A DNA stretch of 63,289 nt, filler included, from Hausera hauseri (lineage: Eukaryota): assembly GCA_046269625.1 (NCBI GenBank). It is 10 parts of 10 records of this genome, joined end to end, with 100 filler letters (N's around TTAATTAATTAA, not from the genome) between each part and the next. Parts side by side here need not be neighbours in the genome. Positions count along the whole stretch, not along the records: positions 50,275 to 63,289 come from JBJURY010004457.1; 9 more parts are not named here. One strand, written 5' to 3'. This document shows positions 60,376 through 63,289 of this stretch, in pieces (positions within the stretch are counted from its first letter, which is position 1; each line of letters opens with the position of its first letter). The notes beneath the pieces were generated by a model that was given only the letters and a program-made list of their open reading frames with translations, was not told the origin of the DNA and did not search any database. The position numbers and the translations under genes are program-made.

Positions 60376-63289
60376 ATGAGAAAACGTATTTTGAAATGAT
60401 TATCGCAGTTTGAATTCAAGCACGCCAAATTAGTTGTTATGCGAAATGAAGTAATTCAAATGAAATCAGTTTAATGTTTGTATATTTGAAATTTATATAG
60501 AGACAGTTGATTTGTGATTTAATTTTATACCAACAGCTTGTTTCGATTTCATATATGAAAGAACGATTCCGTATCAATTCATTCCAATCTTTCAATTCAT
60601 TATCTCTAAAGAGTTTGTAATACTGAAATTAAAATTCATCAATTGAAATAAATTCAATCGATGGAGCGCCGGAATTTATATACATTACGACTCATGTGGT
60701 ACAGTAATATACGTTTAAGATAAACAATAGCAATCTGTAAAAAATAATTCAATGTAAACAAAAAAGACTTACAACTTATATACCATACGTTCATCATCAT
60801 AAAGCAAATTAGCGATTATTGAAAATGGCTAATCTGACTCCACTTATGTTTCGGTGAGGTTTTTATAAACTTCAACATAATTATGGAACACTGTGTGAAC
60901 GAGATTTGTGTGTGTGTAAAATGTTACCAATTAGGCTATCGAAACTCGCACCGTGATGCCCAGTGTTGAAGATGGTTTTTATTATTACTGCAAGGAAGAA
61001 AACAAAATCGATAGCACCTCTTGAATACCTCAAAAGTTATGTAATGGATTACGTGTTTCCCAGTACATTGTAGCGGTCTGATTCGAAGCTTTTACCGATA
61101 ACTTTGCACATAGATGAGGTTCGGGGTTTCTGTGCATGTTTCTTTTGGAATGTGCTGCACATAATACAGTACATAAAATTACTCCCCTGCTATTATTGAT
61201 TCAACCGCTCTAAAATAATGAGTCATTCTATAAGACGTAACGGTGATTACATAATCGTGTTAGAATTAGTCGGAAATATTTTTATTAAACGGTATTTCAC
61301 TTGGTGGTGATCTACAATGATTCTTAAATCCCTATTAGGCCAATGTATTACATAATAACAAGATAAATCATCCTTATCATCATACACGTATCTTGTTACA
61401 AATTATACAAAGTTTTATAAAAAGCTATGAATTAAACTTCAAAGAATTTGGCATTTATCATTTCATGTTCATCAAATATATGAGTTTCACTTGATAGAGT
61501 AGTTCCATGGGGATAATAGAAACCGTATGAATCTGTCGGCTTATGTTGATCACAGTTTGTTCATAGCTGTAAATTGGATGTTCATATAAATTGAAGGGAA
61601 CGAATTTTACTGTAAATCAAATCAGTAAACGTCAGAATAACGGCAACTGAAGCTTTTAAATGACAGCTTTCGTACTTATTCAAATCTTCCCCACTATGTT
61701 TAGGAACTTTTAGGAAAGTCTTTTAATATTCGATTTATAGTGTTTACTTGATGTTCTGTCGAATATTCGGCCCATAGTCTGTCGTCACTCATGTTCATGA
61801 GATTATATTCGATTGTTAATTAGACGAATACATTTTAGATTGACAGAACATCAAAAAAATATTACAAATCGAATGTTAAAGGAATTTTATCTCGAGACAA
61901 TGATCGAATATTTTATCAAATTTCAATATTCATAAATGAAGTGGGGGAGATTTGAACAAGTGCAAAATGTTGTCACATTTATAATCTCCAAATTTGACTT
62001 TGTGGAAAAAATTTTTTTCATATTCGTTTCCTTATTAGCAACATGCAGTTGTTTTGCAAACCAGAAAGTGGATCTCAAATGACATTAAGTGTGTGGGATA
62101 ATGTACAAGAGCTAAAGTATAATACAGAAATTTGGAATCAATAACCATTGATTAAAATTCCGTCATTTTTTACGACTTGTGACTTAATTCCACATTTTTA
62201 TTTGTATTTTCATAAGCTCAAATTGCTCAGTGAATATGGAATCGAACTCAAACTTATATGTTCATTGGCAGCCTTTGGAAATTTGACATTGATTGTATGC
62301 AATTAAATAAGTTTAAATTATTGTTTAAAATTGTTTTTCTATTGGTTTAACAAAATTTTTATAAAGTAGCAAGTAGTTAAATTTATGTGAATTCAAAAAA
62401 TGTTCAATAGAAAACGAAAGAAATAAGACAAAACGGTATAAAATTCAGTATAAATATTTTGAATTAACACTAACATTAACTGATGCAATCGAATGACGAA
62501 CACAAAATACAATAATGATAAAATTTCGAATCATCCTGTAACGAATCAGTTGACAGAATTTTGAATTTACCATTCATACGACTAGTATACCCGTCTTGAA
62601 CATTTGGTAACTGACTATACGTGAATTCGAAGTTGGCCGAGATTTTGGATCTTAGTGCGGCTAAAAAACTGATTATTAACTATCGTTTTGTTGAACTGTG
62701 TAATAATTTCAATTGTTAATATTGTCTTGATGGAATTTAATCAATATTTATATTATTGTGAATTATTTAGTCATAATGTAGATATTAAAATGGCATTAAT
62801 TATTATCATCATTACCTGGCTAATGTAGCTAAAGACGGTCCTCAGGGAACTTAGATTAGGCGGGATGGTAATCGAATAAGGATCAGTAAAACTAACAAGA
62901 AACATTATTGTGATGTCCGAAGCAGATTTCAATAAAAATTGTCATGTATAGAAATATCAGTGCTATAGGAATTCTATCAAAAATTTAGCAGCGTCAATTC
63001 ATTTTTAGTCAAGATAAGATTTGCTTGAAAATATTCAAAATATTTGTTTAAATTATTAAAGGTATATATTTACATTGTATTGAAATGATCGAACTATTCG
63101 CAGTCGGTTTGCGAATCAACGATGTTTCAAAAAATCTTACTCGAATGCTGTACTTTAAATATGGAATTCTTGTGCACTATTTTTGACATTTGTGTATTAA
63201 CTCAGATTTTGAAGTTCAACACAAACATTTGATCATTGATTTGATTATTGCGAGATGAAGTAACCATTTTGATTGAACCGAGCTGCACG

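Noticed and set aside
60400-63289. Possible exons or RNA genes in the AT-rich region upstream of myosin
   Set aside because: No convincing ORF, tRNA or rRNA motif. An isolated splice-donor-like GTAAGT near 60771 is insufficient.

Overview
Eukaryotic (invertebrate metazoan, AT-rich, mini-intron) DNA. Nine artificial 100-nt spacers (N44-TTAATTAATTAA-N44) split the window into ten assembly pieces, so adjacency across spacers is not evidence of linkage. Most pieces are decayed mobile DNA: three CsRn1-like Ty3/Gypsy LTR retrotransposons, one BEL/Pao element, two related Polinton/virus-type protein-primed DNA polymerase B elements (one with a convergent IAP-type RING gene), a Helitron, a Kolobok-type transposon with a P2X7-ballast-like gene, a NeSL/R2-type non-LTR remnant and a mariner fragment. 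Between them lie mosaics of intron-free host gene fragments (DNAAF5, TBC1D25, VAMP7, KIFAP3, ATG9, a matrin zinc finger). The last piece carries ordinary host genes: FAM78 and a complete muscle myosin II heavy chain. Main observation: all three LTR elements whose gag 5' end is in view (two Gypsy, one BEL/Pao) have a ubiquitin or ubiquitin-like domain ending in a di-glycine-type motif (LRLKGG, PKLKGG, FRLRDG) placed just upstream of the Gag body. This suggests a convergent 'ubiquitin-leader Gag' strategy processed by host deubiquitinases. All family assignments come from my reading of motifs; no database searches were run.
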